From the NCBI GenBank assembly GCA_964016885.1, contig OZ024754.1, positions 11,532,001-11,596,000 of the forward strand: 64,000 bases of DNA, written 5' to 3'. The notes under the pieces are model-generated. The model made no database searches. It worked only from the letters and a program-made list of their open reading frames with translations, and was not told the origin of the DNA. Positions 11,851 to 21,740 of this stretch are shown piece by piece. The stretch comes from Eledone cirrhosa. Lineage: Eukaryota. How positions within the stretch are numbered: the first letter of the stretch is position 1; each line of letters opens with the position of its first letter. The position numbers and the translations under genes are program-made.

Positions 11851-12026
11851 TCAGGTTCGGCCCGAGCCAGTGGGAAGTTGGTAACGATAATTATCATTAT
11901 CAAACTGGAAAACACCATCCACCAGACATTTTATCATGTGACGCTTTTCATGAATAATCTCGTTCATATTACTCCGTATTTCTTCAAAGATTATGCGTTC
12001 TTGTCTCATTAATCGAGCAGGATGAG
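11851..12026 (-). CDS. Asteroid/FAM120-like PIN protein, coding exon 7 (last)
   Basis: Pyrimidine tract plus CAG acceptor; phase 1 matches exon 6; (T)HPARLMRQERIIFEEIRSNMNEIIHEKRHMIKCLVDGVFQFD..GRT*. Confidence 0.75.
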
Positions 12027-12156
12027 CTGAATCAAAAAGAAAAAAACAATATATATCAATGCTTTCAGAAAACAACACCAATTTCAGCACTGAGCCTATC
12101 AAAAAGTAGAAATAACAAAAGTAAGCTTTATTTCATCATTAGGTTTTTCTTTTCTA

Positions 12157-12219
12157 GCTGTCTGATGAAGTCATACCTGTTGTATAATTGTTATCACCGA
12201 AATATATATATATAACAGT
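12157..12219 (+). ncRNA. Type-I hammerhead ribozyme motif with (TA)n stem III
   Basis: CTGT-CTGATGA-AGTCATAC..GTTATCACC-GAAA-TATATATATA-TA-ACAG; stem I CTGT/ACAG; stem II degraded. Confidence 0.6.
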
Positions 12220-12404
12220 GAATATGTTTAACAAAGTTAATTTAAACCTGTTGACTTACACTCCTTGTTTTTATATATATATTGTTATACCTTGGAAGAG
12301 TCATGCTGCCAATAAAAACACATGCACCTCTTATTTTTATTTCAATTTATTATAAATTTCCAGTTGGTTGGTTGGTTCAATAACCGGAATGTTGTTTATA
12401 TATT

Positions 12405-12447
12405 GTCAAAGCTCTTTTGTCACACATTCTGTGACCTCCTCAGTGAC
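12405..12447 (-). ncRNA. Degenerate hammerhead motif
   Basis: GTCA-CTGAGGA-GGTCACA-GAATG-TGTGAC-AAAA-GAGC-TT-TGAC; GAAA box is mutated. Confidence 0.4.
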
Positions 12448-12811
12448 TAGGTTTTTATTTTGTGTCCCTCCTTTGTTCTGTCCTACACCATGTTGTTTTT
12501 ATGTGTTCAAACAAAAACATGAAAAAGGGTTGTTTTTTTTATAATTAGAAGGTAAGATCAAGGGAAGTAACTCTTGACAGACCACAGATCTTATCTTCTA
12601 ATTATAAAAAAACCTTTTTCTAAATGCCTGCTCTTGTTTCAGCTCTTATGATATATTCCTAAAAGGAAAGCACAATCAACCCTAGGCAGCCATCTTTGTT
12701 TTTATTTTTCTCGTGGCAGGCTGAATGACTTGGGGCCCTGAACCCAACGAAACTTGAGTACCTGTTTATGTCACTGTTGTAATTATTTATACTATATATA
12801 TATATACACAC

Positions 12812-12862
<51 letters not shown>

Positions 12863-12863
<1 letters not shown>

Positions 12864-13858
12864 AGAGGGTTCTATAGAAATAGTGGACAGCTTCCGTTAT
12901 CTGGGTGACAAAATCAGCAGTGGGGGAGGGTGCTCTGAAAGTACAGTAGCTAGAGTCAGAACTGGATGGAAAAAGTTCAGAGAGCTTATACCACTATTAG
13001 CCGCTAGAGGGTTCTCCCTAAAAATGAAAGGCAGGTTATACGATGCCTGCATACGAACAGCAATGCTGCATGGCAGTGAGACCTGGGCATTGTGTGCAGA
13101 GGATATACGCAGACTAGAGAGGAACGAAGCTTGCATGCTCCGCTGGATGTGCAATAGTAATATACGTGAACGGCAAAGCATAAACGAACTAAGGAAAAAA
13201 TTAGAAATAAGAGGGATCAGATGTTGTTTACTCGAGAGAAGGCTACGTTGGTACGGTCACGTGATGCGCATGAAAGACGACAGCTGTATAACAAAGTGCA
13301 GGGCAATAAAGATAGACGGTAGCCACGGAGTAGGCAGACCCAGAAAAACATGGGACGAGCTGATAAATTCCGACCTCACACGCTTACACCTCTCCAAGAC
13401 AATGTCACTGGACCGAGACCTTTGGCGGTACTCAGTAATAGAGAAGACCCGCCTTACCTAAATACAAAGTAAAAACCTACTACAGTCAGTAGGCACCTCT
13501 ATCAAAACACACCCCCGTCCCACCACCTCCACCCCACCCACACCGCCCCTTTCAATGTAAAGTTATGTTGGTCCCACAACATCCAGGCCGAAACAAATGA
13601 GATCGTGTAGGTGTCACGACAAAAAACACACAGTCCACGCTGTAAATGTGGCCGTGTAGGCAACACGGTAAAAACCTCCCAGCCCCACACTGTAAATGTG
13701 GTTGGTGTTAGGAAGGGCATCCAACTGTAGAAAACCCGCCAGACAGTCCTATGCGAGCAAGACAACCACTCTTGCCTCAAGTGGGAAAACCCCCGTCCAA
13801 ACCCATGCAAGCGTGGAACACGGACGCTAAACCTGATGATGATGATGATGATGATGAT
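12863..13858 (+). mobile_element. RTE-type LINE 3' fragment, same family as 8391-11077
   Basis: Intact C-terminal ORF (FRYLGD..LHGSETW..RLRWYGHVMR..GRPRKTW), 3' UTR, (GAT)n tail, flanked by (TA)n. Confidence 0.93.
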
Positions 13859-13976
13859 ATGTATATATATATATATGTATCTATATGTATATTTGCATAT
13901 ATATATATATATATGTATAAATCATATATCTATACACGTATATATATCTATATATATTTATGAATATATATGTATA

Positions 13977-14953
13977 TCTATATATATAAAACTGAGGATG
14001 TCTGTCTCTGTGTCTGAGTTTGAATCCATAAAACTCGAGAAGCACCCAACCGACTGTTTTCAAACTTTACACATGTAATACTTGTTTCAGGGGGTGTTCT
14101 AAGCAAAAAAAATATGAAACTTTCAATGTCCTATGGACCGCATTAGGCGATTTCTCTCTATAATTCTTAGTCTTTCTCTTTTTAGATAGATACATGCATA
14201 TAACATTGTGCCCTTATAATATCTGTCTGTATGTCTGGCTGTCTGCATCACACTCGGCGCGTCAATGTATGGCTGTTAAACGGACCACGAACGCATTCTG
14301 ATTCATTCTAAAGGCTACCAGTGGAAGCAACCGTAACACCCTCCTTCAAATGTCAGAGAACGCAGTCAAAGTCACTATTAAGGGCTACAAGTGAACGCTC
14401 ACATGGCCCTTCTTAGGGCCACCACTTGAAATTGTTGATGGTTACCCCTCCTTAATGGGGTGTCAGTGAACGCCTTTTAAGGGCTCTTGAAATAGCTGAT
14501 GGCGACCCTTTCGTTTAGTGCTGCCAGTGAATGCGCACAAGCCTTGGGGCCCATTTTATTGCACCATTCCTCTTTAAATTTGTTAAATTGTACCCTCAGT
14601 TTGGTAAACGTTTGTCCAGTTGCGTTTACTTACTAAGGTGCGGTGGACTCCTTTGAGAAGGCGCCACATGCTGTCCGATTGCACGTCATGCCTTGCTCAA
14701 GCATTGCAGACTTCCTTCTGACATAAGTGGTGACATCTGTCCTGCTGACTCATGCCACTTTATTAAAGTACAAAAGCACCAAGCCGATTTTCTCCACGTG
14801 GAAGGAGAAGCATACCTAATACTAATTGCATCAGAGTATTTAGTTTATTTTCTTTACATATTGTCCAGGCATGCAGTTTTTCTACGATTAGGTCTGTTGC
14901 TGGCTCGCGTTCCAAAATACCTTATCCTGTGCAACGCCAGGTACCACTGCTAG
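13977..14953 (+). mobile_element. Non-autonomous Helitron
   Basis: A|TCTATATATATAAAA 5' end followed by a CTGT-rich segment; 3' GCAACGCCAGGTACCACTG-CTAG|T; no TSD. Confidence 0.65.
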
Positions 14954-15128
14954 TATATATATATATATATTCATATATATGTATATTTATATATATATAT
15001 ATGTATATATATATATGTATACGTATATATATATATATATATATGTGTGCGTGTGACAGCTCACACCTATGTAGGTCTAGCTGGCCTCCTCCAAGGTATA
15101 TCTCGTTGGAGGTGTCTTGGGTGATATA

Positions 15129-15289
15129 ATGATAGGGACCCCAGTCCTATCATCTCATTTCTACAGCTGAGTAAACTGGAGCAACTTGAAATAAAGTGTC
15201 TTGCTCAAGGAAACAACACATCACCCGGTCCGAGAATTGAACTCACAACCTTTCGATTGCAAGCCCAATGCTCTAACCCCTAAGCCATG
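15129..15289 (-). mobile_element. tRNA-derived SINE, family B
   Basis: Near-identical reverse complement of 18124-18282. Confidence 0.85.
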
Positions 15290-16187
15290 ATTCACTGTCT
15301 TGGGTCCTATTCCCCTCTCTGACTCAACTCACCTCCCCAATTTCTCTAATACCCCTTCCATTATCACACCCCTAGATTCCTATCGCTTTCTCTTGATCAT
15401 TAGCAGCTTCTCTTACTACTAATACATGCCGATACACACCCTTATATTAACATACTTTTGCTCATAGCTTCGTACTTACATGCACACACACTCTTTTACT
15501 CACACACACACACATTTCTTCTTACCTCAATCACCTCCTTTTCAATTTCCTCACTTCTGTAAAAAAATCATACACTCGACTCTCTCCGTTCCCCGCCCGC
15601 CGTCACCACCCATACTCATATCACCTCCAACCCTAACCCCTCTATCCCGTCTATCTCTGTCTACCTGCTCTACCTCAAGCTACCCCTCATGCCCTAACTT
15701 CCCCTTCTACTCTCAGGCTCCTCCTCCAGCTCCTTGTCAAACCCATGCCAATACGGAAAGAAGAAAGAAGCGTTCCTTTTTCTGCTGGATTTCAGTCTTT
15801 GTATTGACCATTACTCATTCTTTTACTGGTTTCATTAGACCATGCTGGGGCAATACTGTATGTTGTTTTCTTTTGTCTATTTTGTCACTGAGCGATTACT
15901 GGACAATAGTGTTTGTATGTGTGTTTGTATATACATATAAAATACTCTATGAGTAATTAAAAATAATCTTAATGTATAACTACTGTTTTTGTATTAGAAG
16001 CCCTAGCTGTGAAGTGTAAACACCTTTTAGTATTCCTCCATACACAAAAGTAATATTTGAAAAATGTTTACACTTTGTAACTCATTCTTTTCATAGCTAG
16101 GGCCTCGAAAACTGTAGTTATATCTAGCTTATGAATACTTTAATATCTAAATATATGCTGTGTTTTGCGTAAATATTCATTATTTAC

Positions 16188-16390
16188 TTAACCCTTTACC
16201 ATTTACATTATTTTATATATACTATTATATTTTCATGGTAAAGGCTTTACCTCACATAATATCGAATCTATGAGATTTTGAAAGTATTTATTTTGAGAAT
16301 ACCTTAACATCAGTTTGAGCAACCAGTTACAGCCAGTTTCAACAGGGAGAGGTAGAGAATTCTGGCCGGTTTTGAACACTAAAGGGTTAA
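16188..16390 (-). mobile_element. piggyBac-type MITE, family 1
   Basis: TTAACCCTTTA...TAAAGGGTTAA; internal sequence matches 7740-7955 in reverse. Confidence 0.85.
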
Positions 16391-16954
16391 TGGGAGTAGG
16401 CATAAAAGGTAAAATCACTATGATCAATTCTGTATTTATATGCCTGTCTTTCCTATGGTCATGAATCTTAGGTAATGCCGACTGAATGAATATGTTTGCG
16501 AATACAAGAAAGTGAAATAGGGTTCCTTTGAAGAACATTATTGAATATGGTGTATAGCTTGGAGGTCAAGGAGTCTTTCCAGGGAGAGCTACTACTTCTC
16601 TGCATTGAAAGATCACAGCTCTGATATTATGGACATGTGGTTAGAATGTCCAAGGAAAGAATTGCAGGACAGATTTTACAGGCAAAGTCAACCGATGGAA
16701 GACCGAAAGGTAGACCAGCCTGGAGCAAAATGGCTGGATAAAATCCATAACCTCGGTTGGTCTTACTTGCTGTTGCTGCTACTACTACTGTTGCTACCTT
16801 GCTGCTGCTACTACTACCATTACCCCACCACCACCACCACCACCACAACACCATGACCAAAGCTGCTGTCATCGATACCCCCCCCCCCCCACTACTACCA
16901 CTGCTGTTTTTGCCACTGTTGATATGGTAACAAGTACTCAATAGTTATACTTAC

Positions 16955-17081
16955 TTTCTTCACAGAAGTACCAATATAAGCAAACCCAGATGGAACCAGA
17001 AAAAAGTTCTTGTGCTTCAGGAAATTCCTTTGTCACAAACAGCAAACGTCCAAGAAATTCATAGGCATGGAGGTAGATATC
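16955..17081 (-). CDS. Asteroid/FAM120-like PIN protein, coding exon 6
   Basis: TTTCAG|..|GTAAGT, 127 nt, phase 0 to 1: DIYLHAYEFLGRLLFVTKEFPEAQELFSGSIWVCLYWYFCEE. Confidence 0.82.
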
Positions 17082-17109
17082 CTGAAATACAGTAAGTACA
17101 TATATATAT

Positions 17110-17600
17110 CTTTGATCTCCATGTGTCTAACACACGTGGACATGCCTAGAAGATCAGAAAACAGCACAGCTCCCATGACTTTCGTAGACATTTTTTCACG
17201 CTCAGAGTTGCTGAAGCATGGAACAAACTGCCTGCGTCAATTGTTAGCTGCCGAGACACTGCATCCTTTAAGACACTCATGCTTCCTGAAATACGCCAAA
17301 ACTACACCTGATGTACCCCTTCCATACACATGCACACATGTGTGTATCATGACTCGTGCACTGTTCATTTTACTGATGTTTGTGCATTGCCCTATGTACT
17401 GTACATGCACTTTTTTGATGAGTTGTGGTGCACCTGGGCACTGTACACAATATTTCATTATTGTTATCATTATTATATCATGACTCATACACTGTTCATT
17501 TTCCTGACATTTGTACATTATTCTATGTACTATACATGCACCTTTGATGAGTTGTAGTGCACCTGAGCACTGTACACAATAATTTCATTATTATTATTAT
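17110..17600 (+). mobile_element. CR1-like LINE 3' end
   Basis: TRGHA.KIRKQHSSHDFRRHFFTLRVAEAWNKLP motif; 3' UTR duplicated in tandem; (ATT)n tail. Confidence 0.8.
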
Positions 17601-17639
17601 ACATATATATATATATCATCTAGTCTAAAGTCTGTCTTA

Positions 17640-17907
17640 AGCCAGAAGACCCATTTGGCTGGTGCTTATCCCCGGTTTCATGGCGTGAAGTGACTGAGAG
17701 TACAAGACTTCCCCCTGGACAGGACGCCAGTCCAACACAGAGTTAAACCCCCAGCTATTACTTCTGGTACTCATTTTCAGCTGAGTATACTGGAGCAACG
17801 TGAAATGAAGTGTTTTGCTCATGAACACAACACACAACCCAGGAATCGAATCCATGACATTATGATTGTACGTCCAACACCCTTACCACTAGGCCACGTG
17901 CCTCCAC
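17640..17907 (-). mobile_element. tRNA-derived SINE (family B-related)
   Basis: ggtactcattttcagctgagt..gaagtgttttgctcatgaacacaac core plus tRNA-like head; relatives at ~49240-49385, 51495-51730, 62590-62730. Confidence 0.8.
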
Positions 17908-18123
17908 TATATATCATGATCATCACTGTTTAATGTCTTATTTTCATTGCTTGCATGAGTCAGACGGGTCATCCACATTATGAGCAAGTCTGGCCATTTG
18001 CCCATGCCGTGCCTTGCTGAAACAGAATTGTATTTTGGCTGCTTTTTTTACAACTAGATGCCCTTCCTAACACTGACCACATTGACATTATAGATATATA
18101 TATATGTTAGAGCCAGTTTTGCT

Positions 18124-18455
18124 ATGGCTTAGTGGTTAGAGCATTGGCCTTGCAATCGAAAGGTTGTGAGTTCAATTCTCAGACTGGGTGATATGGTGTT
18201 TCCTTGAGCAAGACACTTTATTTCACATTGCTCCAGTTTACTCAGCTGTAGAAATGAGATGATAGGACTGGGGTCCCTATCATTCCACTGCAAAGTGGTC
18301 GTGGAGGTGCCACGGCAAAAAAGCACCCAGCACTCACTGTAAATGAGGTTGGTGTTAGGAAGGGCATCCAGCTGTAGAAATCAAGCCAGAATCAGTTCCC
18401 GTCCCACCCTTGCAAGCAGGGAAAAGCGGACGTAAAATGATGATGATGATGATGA
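18124..18455 (+). mobile_element. SINE family B carrying an RTE-derived 3' tail
   Basis: A-box TGGCTTAGTGGTTAGAG, B-box GAGTTCAATTC; tail CCCGTCCCACCCTTGCAAGCAGGGAAA..(GAT)n matches the RTE tail at 5155-5204 (reverse complement). Confidence 0.85.
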
Positions 18456-18611
18456 TATATCCCGGTTATGCTAACCAACCCAACTGCTATTTATAGCAGG
18501 TTGTGAGATAGCCTTAAGGGATTCGCTCTGAGTTGTCAGCAATGCTCATGTTCGCAGCCACCGTCAATTCAAACGCTGGTTTACACACACACACACATTT
18601 ATATATAAATA

Positions 18612-19159
18612 TCTATATCTATATAATAAAAGATTGGAACTCCCATCATCTGTTTGAGAAGCCTGGATCCACCACTTCTATGCAATGGGACACGCTTAAC
18701 AGTCAAAAGGATGTTAAACCCTCTTTGAGAGGTCACTATTTTTGGAGGCAATCATCAAAGAGAAAATGTATTTATTCTCAAGATTTCTCTCATCCATTTC
18801 TCTACAGAGCTGCCGTTCAAATTCTCAGTTTTCTGTTAGAGCCAGTTTTGCTATGACCATAACTAAAGTTTAGAGTCTCAATGTTGTAGTATTGAATATG
18901 AGAGAATCGGTTTTTACCCATGGACAGTTATATGTATGTTCTTCACGAGTGAGAACACCTAGAAATCTTCATATACTATGCACGAATGGTAAAATGAAGA
19001 ATCTGGTGCATCCGGAAAACTTTTGACTATTATTTTTGTCACACACACCATGGTGTCACCTCATTCTGTAAACCAGACAACGCATCCAATACAGCCGTTT
19101 TCTCTTCTACCGATCTCTTATCACCTGTGTAGCCAGCCGAAGCTGAGTACCTCAGCTAG
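18612..19159 (+). mobile_element. Internally deleted Helitron with PIF1-type helicase C-terminal remnant
   Basis: A|TC start; IGTPIICLRSLDPPLLCNGTRL, QFSVRASFAMTITK, VFTHGQLYVCSSRV; terminal GCTGAG/CTCAGC hairpin plus CTAG|T. Confidence 0.88.
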
Positions 19160-19171
19160 TAAATATATACA

Positions 19172-19435
19172 TAGAGAATGTAGTAGCCAGAGTACGGGTG
19201 GACTGGAAGAAATTTCGGGAGTTGGTATCTCTGTTTACAATAAAGGGGTTCTCCTTCAGAATGAAGGGTAAAGTGTTTGATGCTTGTGTGTGAACTGTGA
19301 TGCTGTATGGCTGTGAGACAATGGCCCTGACTGTGGAAGACCTGCAAAGGCTAGAAAGAAATGAAATGAGTATGCTCTGGTGGATGTGTAATGTTAGTGT
19401 ACGTGAGGGACATAGCATAAATGAACCTAGAGAAA
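19172..19435 (+). mobile_element. RTE LINE fragment
   Basis: ARVRVDWKKFREL..MLYGCETMAL..ERNEMSML. Confidence 0.8.
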
Positions 19436-19568
19436 AAAAAACAACTCGATATAAAAAGAATCAAGCAAGTACTGGGATTGATAGGATTGACTAAATGAAA
19501 GCAGTCTAATAACTAAAATCAGTAAAAAAAGAAAAGAATAAAGAGTAAAACAACTGAATGAAACTGAC

Positions 19569-19801
19569 CTGCAACCAATTATAAATGGTGACACAACGTG
19601 CGATTCTATATGGCATCAAGGGATAACATTGGTATTGATTTTCATCTTGTTTCTTTATGAAAACAAGGCAAATCAAAGCTAAGAACTCGTTCTCGGTTAT
19701 ATACATATTGCGTTCCCAATTGAGGAGGAGAAAGTAGCGTAGACAGTAAAAGATGAAACCATTACGTTGGCCATATCGTGTAAAGTAATTACGCGGCCAA
19801 T
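19569..19801 (-). CDS. Asteroid/FAM120-like PIN protein, coding exon 5
   Basis: TTTTCAG|..CAG|GTCAGT, 233 nt, phase 1 to 0: WPRNYFTRYGQRNGFIFYCLRYFLLLNWERNMYITENEFLALICL..RCVTIYNWLQ. Confidence 0.82.
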
Positions 19802-20267
19802 CTGAAAAATAAAGAAGAAATCGAGATAAATTTTCAAAAAAAATGTTAAATGGTTAATACCTTGCTGTATTTCCAACAAGCCCCTACCTCTTTCACTCTC
19901 TTTTTCTGTACAACATGGAGCTGCATTAGCTAAACATTCTTGAACAGTACAAAAGAACATTATGACTGCATCACATTAAAAATTGAAGTCAAATATTGCA
20001 AATTTTCACAATGATCTGCCCACTAGAAAAGATACTATAAACAAGAATTGATGGGCAAATTTTACAGGCAAAACCTACTGGCAGGAGACCCAGGAGTAGA
20101 CCCCTAGCAAGATGGTTAGATAACATCCCTGAGCTTGGCTTGTCTTGCTTGGGGATCTAGCTGGATCGGAAGCAGACGGTTGCTTCTGATAGGATCTGCT
20201 GGAAGGAATGTTTGAGGACTCTGCCCCCACGACCCTCTCAAGAATAAGTTGGTGAAAAAGAAACTCC

Positions 20268-20612
20268 ATTTTTCCATGCTTGCATAGCCATGGGTGGATG
20301 GGTCCTTTTCAGCACAACATTTCTCCACTTGCCACGTTCCTTCACTATCTCCTCTGTGGATCTCAGCGATTTAAGATCAGCTCTCACCACCTCCGCCCAG
20401 GTCTTCCTTGGTCTACCTCTACTGCGACTTCCTTCCACTGGGATTTCCTGGCACTCCTTCACTGAGCGATCATCATCCATGTATATCACACATCTGTACC
20501 AATACATTTTTCTCTGTTGCACACCACTTTGGATTGCTCTTAAACCCAGTTTCTCCCTCAGTTCATTCAAGTTTTGCCTTTCTCTCACATTTACATCGCA
20601 TATCCAATGAAG
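20268..20612 (-). mobile_element. RTE LINE 3' fragment
   Basis: ELREKLGLR..RGRPRKTWAEVV plus GCAAGCATGGAAAA tail; a second RTE 3' remnant lies on + at ~20070-20260. Confidence 0.8.
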
Positions 20613-20693
20613 CAATCCACCATCTGTGACTCATCACAAATTCCACAATGATTCTGCCAAACCACCATCCTAAAAATACATGCTGTGACTAAC

Positions 20694-20817
20694 CTCTAGT
20701 TTTCCAGCCAGGTTCTTGTTGGGTTATTATCCTGTGAAATGTTTCCAAATTTCTTTTGATATTCTCTTCCTTTATCTCTTTAAATTCAGGTAACCATCTC
20801 CATTTTTTTGCTGCAAC
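20694..20817 (-). CDS. Asteroid/FAM120-like PIN protein, coding exon 4
   Basis: ATAG|..AG|GTTAGT, 124 nt, phase 0 to 1, exactly bridges exons 3 and 5: VAAKKWRWLPEFKEIKEENIKRNLETFHRIITQQEPGWKTR. Confidence 0.72.
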
Positions 20818-21740
20818 CTATCATAACAAATATTCAGAAAAAACGCTTTGGAATTGTGTTTGTCTGGCATGTGACATGATCTGAGATTATGTTGAGACTA
20901 AAGCCATTATACCATGGAAGAGACATTTATCTCTCTCTTTCTAAATATACATGTATAGAGAGAGATAGACGTCAAGAAGAAGGAGGAGGAGGACTCTCAG
21001 GAAGAAGTGGGCGGCAGCGAAGAAGAAGAAGAAGAAGAAGAAGAAGACGCCACCGCTAATGTATAAATTTATATGTATATAAAAATTAACATGTTGATTT
21101 AAAAACTCACAAAATTCCCTTATAATCAAATAAGCTCAAGGAAAAAATTCCGAGCTTTTTATAACGCAGTAAAGAGAGAACACATATATGTGTTCAAATC
21201 ATAAGGGAAGGGCATCCAGCCATAGAAAGCTTGGAAAACAAAGGGTTGGAGGGGGCCCTTCAATTGTGTCAAAGACATACAATTTCTCCTGTACACTTTG
21301 GAAGAATATGAGACCATATGTAAGCGAGATGACAGATCCCTGACCTATCGAAGAGGTCAGAAGCCCTACTTCAGTATTGACTTGGTCTATGTAGACCCAA
21401 CCTTTGCTAGCAGGGAAAGCAAACATTAAAACAACGACGATGATGATGATATAGAATCCTCACCATTTTATATCAGTTTATTATGCTTGCATGTGTTAGA
21501 CGGAGTGCCACGTTCTGAGGCCATTCATGTCAGACGGGTGCCTCTTATTCATACATTTCATTTTGGCATAATTTCTACAGGTGGATGCTCTTTCTAATGC
21601 TAGCCATGTTTTACCATGGACTGGGGACTTTTTATTGTGACACCTGCACTACCCCTTTACAGAGTGGGCTGTGTATATTCTATTGTGTCACCAGCACTTC
21701 CTCACTAAATCTTTACATAGTGGGCTGAGTATTATATTGT

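Noticed and set aside
15995-16125. Hammerhead with a long stem II
   Set aside because: The hairpin and GAAA-ACTGTAGT-TA are present but the CTGANGA box is missing
16233-16538. Minus ORF as the last exon of the PIN gene
   Set aside because: Wrong phase after exon 6 and overlaps a MITE; 11851-12026 fits better
18124-18195. Functional tRNA gene
   Set aside because: SINE head: poor anticodon and acceptor stems, continues into the SINE core
18107-18856. 21-bp direct repeat GTTAGAGCCAGTTTTGCTATG as the TSD of a SINE 3' transduction
   Set aside because: The second copy is internal Helitron helicase coding sequence (VRASFAM), so it is not a target-site duplication
19697-19960. ORF IGRVITLHDMANVMV as an exon
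   Set aside because: The alternative frame (WPRNYF..) fits the splice phases and runs to a donor
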